A DNA stretch of 64,000 bases from Rubripirellula sp. (GCA_965216875.1 OZ244207.1:2304001-2368000), one strand, 5' to 3'. Counted from the stretch's first letter, positions 8,395-19,013 are shown. The notes: generated by a model from the letters alone, not told the origin. Numbers and translations are program-made.

Positions 8395-11300
8395 CTAGAC
8401 GCTCTGCAGGAACCGCCCGCGGAATTGGGCAAAGTCGAACAGGTCGGCGATGTTGTTGTCGTTGAAGTCAAACACGGCCATACGAGTTCCGTTGGCGAAG
8501 TGGTCTCGGTAGCGAGCAAAGTCGAACAAATCGACGTCGCTATCATCGTCCGCAGTACCATAAATACGGAAGAAATCGTCAACGAAGTCGACGCCTGCAT
8601 CAAATCCGTTTGCGTCGATTCCCAAAAGGCCGCCATCAACCGTCAATCGGAAGTTACCGTCTTCAAGCATCGGCAGCGTCGGGGGAACGCCCTCGGAACT
8701 ATCTTCAATCAAAGTTGTCCCGGTGAAGTTGAGAAGGACAACCTGTTTGCCACCGACCACTTGGCTTGAGACGACATTGAGGCCAACCTTAGTGCCAAGC
8801 GTACCCGGATCAGTCGATTCCACGACAAACGAATCATTGGTCACCGGCCCGGTCGGCACACTCACTAAACCATCGAAGGTCACTTCGACCTGTCGGATGA
8901 TCGACCGTTGGCCCGTTCCGTCAGTGCGAAGGTTCGCTTCGCTGCTGGCATTCTCGTTGAAGTAGACGACGCTCTCGACTTGAGCGCCGAGATCGCCGAC
9001 GAGCGACAGGTTGTCAAACGCAATGTCCTCATCACCCGCGTTGAGATTGCTAATCGTCAAACGCAAATCGAGCGTGTCAGCATCAGGAATCGTGATACTG
9101 AACTGTGAGAACGTGTCGGTAATCTCTTGTCCATCGCCAATTCCGTCAAAGTCGGTATCAACACGTGGACGCTGGTTGGTGGCGTTCGCCTCTGCCTCGA
9201 TCGCGAAGAATGGGGTGAAACCGCCACCGTCAAGCTGCATTTCGAAGATCACCGAATCGCTCGCATCCCAATCCTCTCCGGCGCTGGCGTCATCCTCTGC
9301 AAAGAACCAAGAAAGATCGAGGTTGGTGAAGTTCGAGATGTCGATATTCGACCAGTTCAGCTGAACCGTGCTTGCTGGAACGATGGCACCATCCATGTCG
9401 TGGGCACCGAAGAACGACTGGCCAAGTTGATTGCTGTAGTTGATGCTGCTCGGCAAGTTTGCAAAGCCAACGCGACCGTAGTAATCGCTGGCCGCAAGAT
9501 CACCAATACTGTCGGCGGGTGTTGGCGTGTAGGTAAGCACGTTGTCTTCGAAATCTTCAAACAGAATCGAAACCGGAACGCCGACGTTATCGAGTGTGTA
9601 GGTTTCGTCCGTTGCCGGCTCGGCTTGCGTAAGATCGTTACCAGCGAAATCGGACACGTTTTGACCGGGCGTCAGATCCAGCCCCACAATCCCGTTAAGG
9701 ACTCCAAGGTCCCCGCCACCAATGGTGACGTCATAAACGGAAGTGCTCACCGGAACCACTGCCGTCACACCGGCTGTCGTTCCGTTTGGCTGGAAATCGC
9801 CGGGGCTCACCCCACTGACCGCTTCGCTAAAGGTCGCTCGGAAAGTGAGCACGTCTTCGGAAGTGGGCGAGCCAGCGGGATTGAATCGCTCGAAGGACAA
9901 GATGCTTGGAGCCGTGTTATCGACTGTGAAGAACTCGTCAATGGTCGGCTCAACTGCCGGCAATGCATTGTTGCCCAAGTCCTCGATGTTTTGGCCACCT
10001 GCAAGGTCAAGATCAACGTTTGCGTTGAGACTGGCCAAGTCACCGCCAGACACCGTTAGGTCATAGGTCGCTGCGTTGATTTGATTCACGCCGCTGACGG
10101 TTGCCGTGCTTCCATCCACGTCAAAGTCCGAAGCGTCAACATTCTGGACGTCCTCGCTGAAGGTCGCACGGAAGACGAGTGAATCGGCGTTGGTGAATTG
10201 TGCAGGAGGAGTGAGACGCTCGAAACTCAGCAGGGCAGGCGGATTGTCAATCACATCACCAACGAGGTCCAAACTATCAAAGGCAAAGGATTCGCCCCCC
10301 GCATTGAATGAATCAATCTGAAGGCGGATGTCGATAACGTTTCCATCGGGGATGCTGTTGTTGAACTCCGTCATTGTTGAGGTCAACACCGCTCCATCAC
10401 CAGCTCCATCACCGTTGGTGTCAATTCGTGGCGCCCCGTTGGTGTTATTCCCATCAGATGCAGCTGCAAAGAGCGAGATGAAAGAGCCTGTGTTGTTCAG
10501 GCGATAGGAAAGGACCACATCATCGGTTGAATCCCAAAGCCCACTGGCTCCGACGAAGTAGGACAGATCAAGGTTCGTGAACCCAGCGATGTTGATGTCG
10601 TCCCAATCAAGCGTGACGGAACTCGTCCCCGAGGGTGCCGCCCCATCCATGTCCTGGACCTGATAAGCCGACTGTCCTTGAGGATTGGCAAACGTAATGT
10701 TTGGCGCCGAGTAAAGAAGCCGGCCGTAGTAGTCGTTCCCAGCAACGTCGCCGATGGCATCCGCAGGACTCGGTGTGTAGGTCAACACCGCGTCTTCGAA
10801 ATCCTCGAAGAGAATGGAGACCGGGGCACCAACATTGTCCATTGTGTAGGTTTCATCCGTACCCGGTTCGGCGTTTCCGAGCGCATTCCCTGCAAAGTCG
10901 GTGATGTTTTGCCCGCCCGAGAGATCGAGCCCGACGACGCCATTGAGTGTGCCAAGGTCGCCGCCGCCAATGGTGACTTCATACAACGATGTCGATACAG
11001 GAACGACTGCCGTCACGCTGGCCGTCGTTCCGTTCGTAGCAAAATCGCCAGGGCTAACATTGCTCACCGATTCGCTGAACTGAGCGCGAAAGGTGAGGAA
11101 ATCCTCGGCTGTTGGCGTGCCAGCGGGATCGAAACGCGTGAACGAAGTTACCGAAGGCGCGGTGTTGTCGACGCTAAACGTTTCATCGACCGAGGGCTCG
11201 GTATTGGGCAACGGCGCCCCGCCAATGTCTTCGATGTTCTGGCCTGGATCGAGGTCAATGCCAACGGTGCCATTGAAATTGGCCAAGTTGCCACCCGAGA

Positions 11301-12168
11301 CGGTCAGGTCATAGGTCGAGGGATTGACCGCCGTGACGCCGGTCACCGACGCAGACGCTCCGGTCACATCAAAATCAGAGACGTCAACGTTCTGCACATC
11401 TTCACTGAAGGTCGCGCGGAAGACCAAAGAATCCGCGTTGGTGAATTGGCTCGGCGGAACTTGACGCTCAATGCTGACGAATGCTGGCGGATTATTGGCA
11501 ACCGCTCCGTCAATCGCCAAGTCATCAAAAGCAAATCCCTCGCCACCAGAATTGAATTGATCGATTTGCAGTCGAATGTCGAGAGTATTCCCATCAGGGA
11601 TGGGAACGGTGTACTGCGTCATCACGTTGGTTGTGAGGGCAGAATCACCAATCCCGTCAAAGTTTGTATCCAGCGCAGGCGAAGCGTTCGTCGCGTTTCC
11701 GAGTGAAGCCGCCGAGAATATCGTAACGAAGGTTCCCGAATTGTTGAGTCGATACGACAACTGAACGTCGTCGGTTGAATCCCAATTACCCGCAACGCCT
11801 GCGAAAAATTGGAGATCGAGTCCAGTGTGGCCGGAAATATTAATGTCGTCCCATTCGAGGATCACCTGACTGGTACCCGACACTGGAGCGGCACCATTCA
11901 TGTCCTGAACTTGGTATGCCGAATTCCCCTGACTGTTGGTGAACGAAATAGACGGGGCGGAATAGTCGACAATCCCATGGTAGTCGTTCGGTAAATCAGC
12001 GATTGCGTCGACTGGAGTCGGGGTATAAGTAATCGACGCGTCTTCAAAATCCTCGAGAAAGAAGACTGTCAACAGCCGCCGGTCTTCGAGTAATTCCGTA
12101 CGCAATTTGCGGCGTCGTGCTCGGGAGCGGTCACGTTTCAAAGTCTTCAAAGTAGATTTGATGGTCAT
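8395..12168 (-). CDS. Large modular extracellular protein (LEPR-XLL/planctomycete extracellular motif, beta-sandwich and Ig-like repeats, dockerin-like tail)
   Basis: N-terminal RRRKLRTELLEDRRLL; three 'EDFED..TYTP' modules and four 'FRA(T/Q)FSE' modules; C-terminal duplicated D-rich DLFDFA motifs. Confidence 0.88.
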   Translation of the reverse strand: MTIKSTLKTLKRDRSRARRRKLRTELLEDRRLLTVFFLEDFEDASITYTPTPVDAIADLPNDYHGIVDYSAPSISFTNSQGNSAYQVQDMNGAAPVSGTSQVILEWDDINISGHTGLDLQFFAGVAGNWDSTDDVQLSYRLNNSGTFVTIFSAASLGNATNASPALDTNFDGIGDSALTTNVMTQYTVPIPDGNTLDIRLQIDQFNSGGEGFAFDDLAIDGAVANNPPAFVSIERQVPPSQFTNADSLVFRATFSEDVQNVDVSDFDVTGASASVTGVTAVNPSTYDLTVSGGNLANFNGTVGIDLDPGQNIEDIGGAPLPNTEPSVDETFSVDNTAPSVTSFTRFDPAGTPTAEDFLTFRAQFSESVSNVSPGDFATNGTTASVTAVVPVSTSLYEVTIGGGDLGTLNGVVGLDLSGGQNITDFAGNALGNAEPGTDETYTMDNVGAPVSILFEDFEDAVLTYTPSPADAIGDVAGNDYYGRLLYSAPNITFANPQGQSAYQVQDMDGAAPSGTSSVTLDWDDINIAGFTNLDLSYFVGASGLWDSTDDVVLSYRLNNTGSFISLFAAASDGNNTNGAPRIDTNGDGAGDGAVLTSTMTEFNNSIPDGNVIDIRLQIDSFNAGGESFAFDSLDLVGDVIDNPPALLSFERLTPPAQFTNADSLVFRATFSEDVQNVDASDFDVDGSTATVSGVNQINAATYDLTVSGGDLASLNANVDLDLAGGQNIEDLGNNALPAVEPTIDEFFTVDNTAPSILSFERFNPAGSPTSEDVLTFRATFSEAVSGVSPGDFQPNGTTAGVTAVVPVSTSVYDVTIGGGDLGVLNGIVGLDLTPGQNVSDFAGNDLTQAEPATDETYTLDNVGVPVSILFEDFEDNVLTYTPTPADSIGDLAASDYYGRVGFANLPSSINYSNQLGQSFFGAHDMDGAIVPASTVQLNWSNIDISNFTNLDLSWFFAEDDASAGEDWDASDSVIFEMQLDGGGFTPFFAIEAEANATNQRPRVDTDFDGIGDGQEITDTFSQFSITIPDADTLDLRLTISNLNAGDEDIAFDNLSLVGDLGAQVESVVYFNENASSEANLRTDGTGQRSIIRQVEVTFDGLVSVPTGPVTNDSFVVESTDPGTLGTKVGLNVVSSQVVGGKQVVLLNFTGTTLIEDSSEGVPPTLPMLEDGNFRLTVDGGLLGIDANGFDAGVDFVDDFFRIYGTADDDSDVDLFDFARYRDHFANGTRMAVFDFNDNNIADLFDFAQFRGRFLQSV

Positions 12169-12813
12169 GGAGTTCTCCCAAGGAAACCGTCTATTGAGTT
12201 AGGCGGGAAACGATTCCTCGAATGGCCCTGTGATGTTGTTGTGAGTCTGAGTTGTCGGGTTGCTCGATCGACAAGACGAGTCCAGACACACCCCTGGCTA
12301 GGTGATGCTACCTAGGCCGGGGCGGTTGTGCGCAAATATCTTAGTCGATCGAGAACGTGAGATAGCTTCGCAAACTAAAAGCGATGCTCTGTTACGCGAA
12401 TGCATCAAAAAGTAACCGCCATCAATGCAGTGAACAAAAAGGAATCATGTGTTCACTTGGCCGGCGCGCCGAGAAATGCGCAACGCCTCAAAACACCGCA
12501 TTTGAATCACTCCAGTGACACTTTCCACCGAAGCTTGATGTACACGTTGGCGGTAATTGGGCAGTGAATTCGATCGGAACTATTTTCTAAAAAAAGTCAT
12601 TTACTGCGAGACAGTTTGCATCGAACGAGAACGCGCGTTCACTGCTAATGCTTGGCCCAGAGGCACCTCGCTCGCTTACGCGCGAAAAAAAACGTATGGG
12701 TTGTCGTCCCCGTCCGCTAACGCGGTCGCGGACCAGGAGGCCTCCGTCCTCACCCGCCTTGAGCCGAACGCGCTAGCTAGCGTCTAGCCGCTCACCTGTG
12801 AGCCGCGATCAAT

Positions 12814-12893
12814 CATCAGCCGCAACGCGATAGCGTGCGGTTCCTGCCGTCCGCCAATCATCAAAACCGCGAACTATCGCTCAGCGGCTGATG
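12814..12893. repeat. REP-like inverted pair
   Basis: CATCAGCCGC..GCGATAG...GCGGTT pairs with AACCGC...CTATCGC..GCGGCTGATG. Confidence 0.65.
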
Positions 12894-12916
12894 TTGGCGC
12901 GCTACGCGCGCTCCAA

Positions 12917-12960
12917 CAATCTCCCTCCCGCTTGCGGGAGAATCGGACGCAAAGTCCGGG
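12917..12960 (-). repeat. Partial inverted copy of the 116-bp CCCTCCC/GGGAG repeat
   Basis: Its reverse complement matches the 3' part of the 15513-15628 and 48170-48285 copies. Confidence 0.8.
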
Positions 12961-13028
12961 CTAGCTAGCGTCGGGCCTTTCGAGATGCCCATCGAGCTGC
13001 AAAGCACAACGTCACATGCGAGTTTGAC

Positions 13029-14414
13029 TCACGAGCAACGCTCGATTTCATAGCCAATGCGTTTGGGCGGATCAACCATTGCTTGTGCCAACGGATCTCC
13101 TTTGACCGTTTCCGACTCGGGATCCCATTGGATCTTGCGACCAAGCCGCGCGGCAATCGACGCCAAGTGACAAGTCGAAAGGGCTCGATGATGACTCGAT
13201 GGATCCGAGATTGGGCTCCGATTGTTAGCAACCCCTGAGAAGAAGTTCGCAAGATGATCGGTCAACTCGCCACCGTAGACGCGCGACATCGCATCAGCCG
13301 GAAGCGGATTCTCACTCAGCGCCTCGACAGGAGCACCAACGAGCCGACCACGATTCACGAACAGGCGACCTTTGGTTCCTTCAAAAAGGATGCCGTTGTC
13401 AGTGTCGTGCCGAATCGTCAGCTCCGTTCCGTCAGCATAGGTGGCTTTGATGTTGAATTGCGTTGCGGTGTTGTAGCAGTCGTTTGACAACGGACGGCCA
13501 TCCTTGAATTCGACCGGGTGTTTTACCATCACGGGATCAACAGCGACTGGGCCAGTCTCTGTCTTGCCCATTCCCCAGGTCGCAATGTCAACATGGTGCG
13601 CGCCCCAATCGGTCAGCTTGCCGCCGGAATACTCGTACCACCAACGAAACTCGTAGTGAGTACGTGACCAGCTCTTCATTTCGTTCCTCGCGCCGGCGAG
13701 ATAGCGATAATCCGTTTCCGCAACTGGCCCCTGCCAACGATCCCAATCAAAGTGTTTCGGCGGCGCGGCAACGGGCAGTTTCGGGCTGGTCGGCCCGCCA
13801 CCAACGGCGCACTGAACCCGTTGGATTGTCCCCAATCTGCCTTCGCGAATCATGGCGATCGCTTTGACCATATGCGGAATGCTTCGCTGCTGTGTTCCGA
13901 TCTGAACGATGCGACCGGTCTGTTTTTGAACATCGCAAAGCAGCCGCCCCTCACCGATGGTCAGCGTCATCGGTTTTTCACAATAGAGATGTTTGCCAGC
14001 GAGCATCGCTTCGATCGCAATCTTGGCGTGCCAATGGTCAGGCGTCGAAATATGGACGATGTCGATGTCGTCCCGGTCCAGGACTTTTCGATAGTCACTG
14101 GCTCCGTCCGGTTTTTGCCCCAACCAACCTTTGACCAATCCCTGAGCGCGCTCGACACGATGATCATCGACGTCGCAGACCATCACGGTGTCCGAGAATT
14201 TTGGAAACTCTTTACCGAGTCCGTAGGGTCCGTCGGCAATCGTCGCCTTCTGTGACCAGCGGCTTCCGCATCCGACCACGGCTACACGTGGACGATCATT
14301 TGCGCTTTTAAAACCTTGGGCACGAGCGATTCGCGGAGCGACAATGGCTGCGGCGCCAATCGCAGAGGCTCCAGAACGCAGAAAATGGCGGCGATCAAGT
14401 TTGGATGCAGACAT
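13029..14414 (-). CDS. Tat-exported Gfo/Idh/MocA-family oxidoreductase
   Basis: DRRHFL twin-arginine signal, VVGCGSR, ISTPDHWH, CEKP, QIGTQQRS and DWGAHHVD. Start at ATG 14414 with GAGG upstream. Confidence 0.92.
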   Translation of the reverse strand: MSASKLDRRHFLRSGASAIGAAAIVAPRIARAQGFKSANDRPRVAVVGCGSRWSQKATIADGPYGLGKEFPKFSDTVMVCDVDDHRVERAQGLVKGWLGQKPDGASDYRKVLDRDDIDIVHISTPDHWHAKIAIEAMLAGKHLYCEKPMTLTIGEGRLLCDVQKQTGRIVQIGTQQRSIPHMVKAIAMIREGRLGTIQRVQCAVGGGPTSPKLPVAAPPKHFDWDRWQGPVAETDYRYLAGARNEMKSWSRTHYEFRWWYEYSGGKLTDWGAHHVDIATWGMGKTETGPVAVDPVMVKHPVEFKDGRPLSNDCYNTATQFNIKATYADGTELTIRHDTDNGILFEGTKGRLFVNRGRLVGAPVEALSENPLPADAMSRVYGGELTDHLANFFSGVANNRSPISDPSSHHRALSTCHLASIAARLGRKIQWDPESETVKGDPLAQAMVDPPKRIGYEIERCS

Positions 14415-14436
14415 ACTTGCCTCAACAAACGCCCAA

Positions 14437-14494
14437 CGACGAAAATCATTGTCGACGAAAATCGTGTTCGACGAAAATCGTTGTCGGCGAAATA
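14437..14494. repeat. 16-bp tandem direct repeat (about 3.6 copies) in divergent promoter region
   Basis: CGACGAAAATCATTGT / CGACGAAAATCGTGTT / CGACGAAAATCGTTGT / CGGCGAAATA. Confidence 0.85.
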
Positions 14495-14583
14495 GGGTTT
14501 CTCGAAAAGGGATCCTTGTCGCAGCCGCTGAGTAGGTTAATAACTCACACTCACATTTTGAACTGCCCGTTAGAATCGGTCCC

Positions 14584-15486
14584 ATGGTTGTTAACTCTTC
14601 TCGCCCTCTGTGGGGCATTCTCGCCGAACTCTGGGTCCAACTGTTGCCCGTGACGGGCTACATCGTGGTGATTTCGTTGCTGGACCTGCAATTTCACTTC
14701 GAAGAGGTCGCGTTTCCGTTTTCGGTGTTGGCGGTTCTGGGGACTGTGATCGGCCTGCTACTCGCATTTCGAACGAATTCGGCGTACGCACGCTGGTGGG
14801 AAGCGAGAATCTTATGGGGGGCCATCGTCAACGATTCTCGATCATGGACACGGCAAGTGATGGCGTTTCAGTCGACCCAACCTGAGCCGGGCGATGAGCT
14901 TGTTCGCGAAATGGTTTACCGACAGGCAGCATGGTGTTTCGCCTTGGCGCGGTTTCTTCGCAAACAAGACGAACTCCAAGACTTGTCGCCGTTTCTCTCT
15001 GAGGAAGACATGAAGGAGTGTGGGACCAGCAAACATGTCCCCAACACGTTGCTGCAACAGCAAACTCGCCGCATGTACGAGCTCCGAGATCAGGGCAAGC
15101 TCGATTCGTACAGTTTCATCGAGCTCGAGCGAACGCTGGTCCGTTTGACAAACTCGATGGGTGGCTGTGAGAGGATTCGCAACACTCCCTTTCCCAGGTC
15201 GTACAGCCGCATCGTCGACGGCATGATGTTCGTTTTTGTCATTCTGTTGCCGTTCGGACTGACCGACATGCCAGCACCCGCGTTGATCGCCACTGCGATC
15301 ATTCTTTCGTTCGCGTTTCTGTTGGTCGATCGGTTGGCCATCTTTTTGCAGGACCCGTTCAGCAATCGTCCGTCCGACACTCCCGTCCTGGCGCTTTCGC
15401 GGAACATCGAAATCAACCTTCGACAAATGATCGGCGAGACCGAATTGCCCGAGAAGTTCGAGCCCGTGCGCGGCGTCCTCTATTAG
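14584..15486 (+). CDS. Bestrophin-family (YneE-like) ion channel
   Basis: LLAFRTNSAYARWWEAR..WG, CERIRNTPFP and LQDPF motifs; four hydrophobic segments. Confidence 0.92.
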   Translation: MVVNSSRPLWGILAELWVQLLPVTGYIVVISLLDLQFHFEEVAFPFSVLAVLGTVIGLLLAFRTNSAYARWWEARILWGAIVNDSRSWTRQVMAFQSTQPEPGDELVREMVYRQAAWCFALARFLRKQDELQDLSPFLSEEDMKECGTSKHVPNTLLQQQTRRMYELRDQGKLDSYSFIELERTLVRLTNSMGGCERIRNTPFPRSYSRIVDGMMFVFVILLPFGLTDMPAPALIATAIILSFAFLLVDRLAIFLQDPFSNRPSDTPVLALSRNIEINLRQMIGETELPEKFEPVRGVLY

Positions 15487-15512
15487 GCCGTGTGTCTGAG
15501 CCGACGGCTCCT

Positions 15513-15628
15513 GTTAACACTCTCCCTTGGGAGAGTCGGGCTCTAAGGCCCGGAGAGGGTTTGTTTTACAACGATCATTCCCTCCCCGGACTTTGCGTCC
15601 GACCCTCCCGCAAGCGGGAGAGTGATTG
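15513..15628 (+). repeat. 116-bp multi-hairpin intergenic repeat, copy 1
   Basis: Near-identical to 48170-48285 apart from the central ~12 nt. Hairpins ACTCTCCC-TT-GGGAGAGT, CGGAC-TTTGC-GTCCG and CTCCCG-CAAG-CGGGAG. Confidence 0.9.
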
Positions 15629-15913
15629 TTGACATTGCTGAGCCGAATGCACTCGCCGCGGGCCCTCGTAGCGCTACAAATCACGGTACTGTTCCGGATG
15701 TAGGGAATGCAATGTTCCTAGTGCCGACTGTCAAAGTAGGCGGCCGTTTTCTTTAAGTGTGACTTGGGCAGTTGAGGCGACCTTGCCGAAGTCGTCTTTT
15801 GTGCGGAGAAGGTTTGCCACCAGATGGCTTGCCCTTGTTCGCACGTTGATGGATCGCACCTCCCGTCGTGTGTCGACGATGATCGTCGGCAACCACACGA
15901 AGAACCATCTTGA

Positions 15914-16567
15914 TTGGATAAAGTCCCTGTGATTTTGAGTTCTGTGCACAACGATGCCGTGACCGCTGCGGCATCCAGCGACGCCGCGAGCGTTTCTGAT
16001 TATTTGTTGGTCTGTGATGCGCGATCGACTGCGGTCAACTACGGACATTGGCGCTTTGCCCTTGAGACGGCAGAAGGCGAGTCGGTGTTTGACGCCGAAG
16101 ACGAAGAAGAGGGTGACCTGAACCGGTTGACCCTTTTGGCAGCTGTCCGAGGTCTCGAATCGATTGAAGGACCCTCTTCGGTCACGTTGATCAGCAACAA
16201 TCGCTACCTGATACGCTCACTTACCGATTCACTTCCGCGTTGGCGTGAAAACAACTTTGTGTGGGAACATTTTGGCAGCCGCGTCGACGTCCAACACGCC
16301 GACCTGTGGCGCCGCATTGACGGAGCGTTGTCGATCCATCACGTCGAAGCGGTCTTGATTTCATCTCGCGTGATCAGCGGCGGAGAAAAAGCTGGCCAGG
16401 GCCGCGTGATGCGTCGCGTCGATTCGCCGCATGCCTTCCCGTCGGCCCCCAAAAGACGCCGCGCCCCCGCCGATCGGCTCCGACGCTGGTTGATGAGCGG
16501 GACCGGAACGACCACTGTGCCACCGCGACAACGATTCGATCGCGCCGACTTGGCCGAAGCGTCCTAG
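15914..16567 (+). CDS. RNase H-like fold protein, probably catalytically inactive
   Basis: LNRLTLLAAVRGLE, VTLISNNRYL, LPRWRENNF and VQHADLWRRID align with the RNase HI core. Exact start uncertain (15914, 15929 or 15935). Confidence 0.75.
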   Translation: MDKVPVILSSVHNDAVTAAASSDAASVSDYLLVCDARSTAVNYGHWRFALETAEGESVFDAEDEEEGDLNRLTLLAAVRGLESIEGPSSVTLISNNRYLIRSLTDSLPRWRENNFVWEHFGSRVDVQHADLWRRIDGALSIHHVEAVLISSRVISGGEKAGQGRVMRRVDSPHAFPSAPKRRRAPADRLRRWLMSGTGTTTVPPRQRFDRADLAEAS

Positions 16568-16763
16568 CACACCCGGCACGCGGGTGATTTTGCCCGCAAC
16601 GAAACAACCGACCCAACTTAACCCTTTCCATTCCTCCAAACCCAACCATCACCGCCAACGACGACTGCGGTCACGAATCAACGATTAGTTCCTTTCTTAG
16701 GGAGCGATCGAAGACGCAAGACAGTGTCCGTTGGCACGATCGCGATACGAAAACGGATTGAAG

Positions 16764-19013
16764 ATGCACACGCAAGTCTCGCTTTCAAGCATTGGAAGCC
16801 TTATTGACGGGACACACGAGAACCCCACTGCAGTCCTAGGCCCACACACCGTGGACTACCGCGGAAGGACGGCGACAGCAGTGCGGACGTTGATCCCAAA
16901 CGCTTCGGCCGCATGGATCATTGACAAGGCCAGTGGCATCCGCAGGCCAATGAAACGACTCCATCCCGCTGGATTTTTTGAGGCGATTTGCGATGGTACG
17001 GTCGACGGCGGCCACCAACCCGAAGATGATGCGACAAGGGCGTCCGCCGCGGAATCAAGATATCGCATCCAGATGGCAAACAGTAACGGCGAAATTGTCG
17101 ACATGCAGGATCCTTACGCAGCTCCGAGCATCCTTAGCGACTTCGATCGCTATTTGATTGGTGAAGGGCGACACCACAAACTTTACGAACGACTCGGCGC
17201 ACAACTTCGTACGATCGATGGTGTGCAAGGCGTCAATTTCGCGGTTTGGGCCCCCAATGCCAAAACCGTCCAGATCGTTGGCGACTTCAATGGCTGGGAC
17301 GGACGCCAACATTCGGCCAAGGTTCACCCGCACCTCGGCATTTGGGAGTTGTTCATTCCCGATGCGAAGGTCGGCGACAAATACAAGTTCCGCGTCCTTT
17401 CCAAACAAGGCGAATGGGTCGACAAGAGCGACCCCGTCGGGTTCGCCGCCGAACTGCCGCCACTGACCGCGTCGATCGTTTCCGATCTGGACTACGACTG
17501 GAACGATTCGGGTTGGATGGAACGGCGCGCCAATTGGAACCCAATGCACTCGCCGATGAACGTGTACGAAGTGCACCTCGGCAGCTGGCAAAAAGGGCCG
17601 GGCCGCACACACGGCTGGCTCGACTACCGCGACCTCGCCAAACGATTGGTCGACTACTGCCATCGCATGAACTTCACCCACGTTGAATTGATGCCGGTCA
17701 GCGAGCATCCATTCACCGGATCGTGGGGCTATCAAACGGTCGGCTACTTTGCACCCACCAGCCGGCACGGCAGCCCCGAAGACTTCATGCACTTCGTCGA
17801 CTACATGCACCAACATGACATCGGCGTCATCATCGACTGGGTGCCAGCACACTTCCCCAAAGACGGTCACGGATTGGCCCGGTTCGATGGATCAGCACTT
17901 TATGAACACGCTGATCCTCGCCAGGGCGAGCATCCGGATTGGGGAACCATGATCTTCAATTATGGCCGCAATGAAGTGAAGAACTTCTTGATTGCGAACG
18001 GCCTGTTCTGGTTGGACAAGTACCACATCGATGGGCTTCGTGTCGACGCGGTCGCATCGATGCTTTACCTGGACTACAGCCGAGAAGGCGATGACTGGGT
18101 GCCAAACCAATATGGTGGCCGCGAGAACTTGGAAGCGATCGACTTCCTGCGTGACTTTAATGTTGCCGTGCACGAACAGTATCCCGGCGTAGTGACTGCT
18201 GCCGAAGAATCAACGGCATGGCCCGGCGTTTCACGTCCCACGTTTGATGGTGGCCTCGGCTTTACCTACAAGTGGAACATGGGCTGGATGAACGACACGC
18301 TCAGCTACATGCGTCACGAACCGGTTCATCGTAGCCATCATCAAAATGAATTGACGTTCAGCTTGATCTATGCCTTCACCGAAAACTTCATGCTGCCTCT
18401 GTCGCATGATGAGGTCGTGCACGGCAAAGGCGCCTTGCTGAGCCAAATGCCGGGTGATATGTGGCAAAAATTTGCCAACCTGCGTTTGCTCTACTCCTAC
18501 ATGTGGACCCATCCAGGCAAAAAGTTGCTCTTCATGGGCGGCGAACTGGCTCAATGGAACGAGTGGAACCACGATGATGGCCCGCAATGGGAACTGCTCG
18601 ACTTTGACACCCACCGAGGTGTCCAACAGTTGATCGCCGACTTGAACAAACTCGTGATCGAGAACCCGGCGCTCCACCACTTTGATTTCTCAGATGAAGG
18701 TTTCGAGTGGGTCGACTGCATGAATGCGGCCGAGAGCACACTTGTTTACCTCCGCAAGGGCGATGAGGGTGCGGCCCCAATCCTGGTGTGCAGCAACTTC
18801 ACTCCCGTTGTGCGTCACAACTATATGGTTGGTGTACCGCAATCGGGTTACTGGAAAGAAGTCTTCAACAGTGACAGCGAAGCCTACGGTGGCTCGAACG
18901 TCGGCAACTATCCAGGGTGCAATACACTGGGACGCGGCCACCATGGCCGGCCCGATAGTATTTCGATCACCATGCCGCCACTGGCAACCACCATCTACCG
19001 GCTCGAGTCGTAG
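16764..19013 (+). CDS. glgB: 1,4-alpha-glucan branching enzyme
   Basis: [42 protein letters not shown] and [13 protein letters not shown] 16764 preferred over TTG 16731. Confidence 0.97.
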   Translation: MHTQVSLSSIGSLIDGTHENPTAVLGPHTVDYRGRTATAVRTLIPNASAAWIIDKASGIRRPMKRLHPAGFFEAICDGTVDGGHQPEDDATRASAAESRYRIQMANSNGEIVDMQDPYAAPSILSDFDRYLIGEGRHHKLYERLGAQLRTIDGVQGVNFAVWAPNAKTVQIVGDFNGWDGRQHSAKVHPHLGIWELFIPDAKVGDKYKFRVLSKQGEWVDKSDPVGFAAELPPLTASIVSDLDYDWNDSGWMERRANWNPMHSPMNVYEVHLGSWQKGPGRTHGWLDYRDLAKRLVDYCHRMNFTHVELMPVSEHPFTGSWGYQTVGYFAPTSRHGSPEDFMHFVDYMHQHDIGVIIDWVPAHFPKDGHGLARFDGSALYEHADPRQGEHPDWGTMIFNYGRNEVKNFLIANGLFWLDKYHIDGLRVDAVASMLYLDYSREGDDWVPNQYGGRENLEAIDFLRDFNVAVHEQYPGVVTAAEESTAWPGVSRPTFDGGLGFTYKWNMGWMNDTLSYMRHEPVHRSHHQNELTFSLIYAFTENFMLPLSHDEVVHGKGALLSQMPGDMWQKFANLRLLYSYMWTHPGKKLLFMGGELAQWNEWNHDDGPQWELLDFDTHRGVQQLIADLNKLVIENPALHHFDFSDEGFEWVDCMNAAESTLVYLRKGDEGAAPILVCSNFTPVVRHNYMVGVPQSGYWKEVFNSDSEAYGGSNVGNYPGCNTLGRGHHGRPDSISITMPPLATTIYRLES

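Noticed and set aside
12944..12965. GGACGCAAAGTCCGGGCTA resembling the c-di-GMP-I riboswitch core
   Set aside because: It is part of the 116-bp repeat family, lacks the other riboswitch elements and is not in a 5' leader orientation.
14437..14494. Possible mini-CRISPR
   Set aside because: The 16-bp period leaves only about 5 variable nt, so there are no real spacers, and there are no cas genes.
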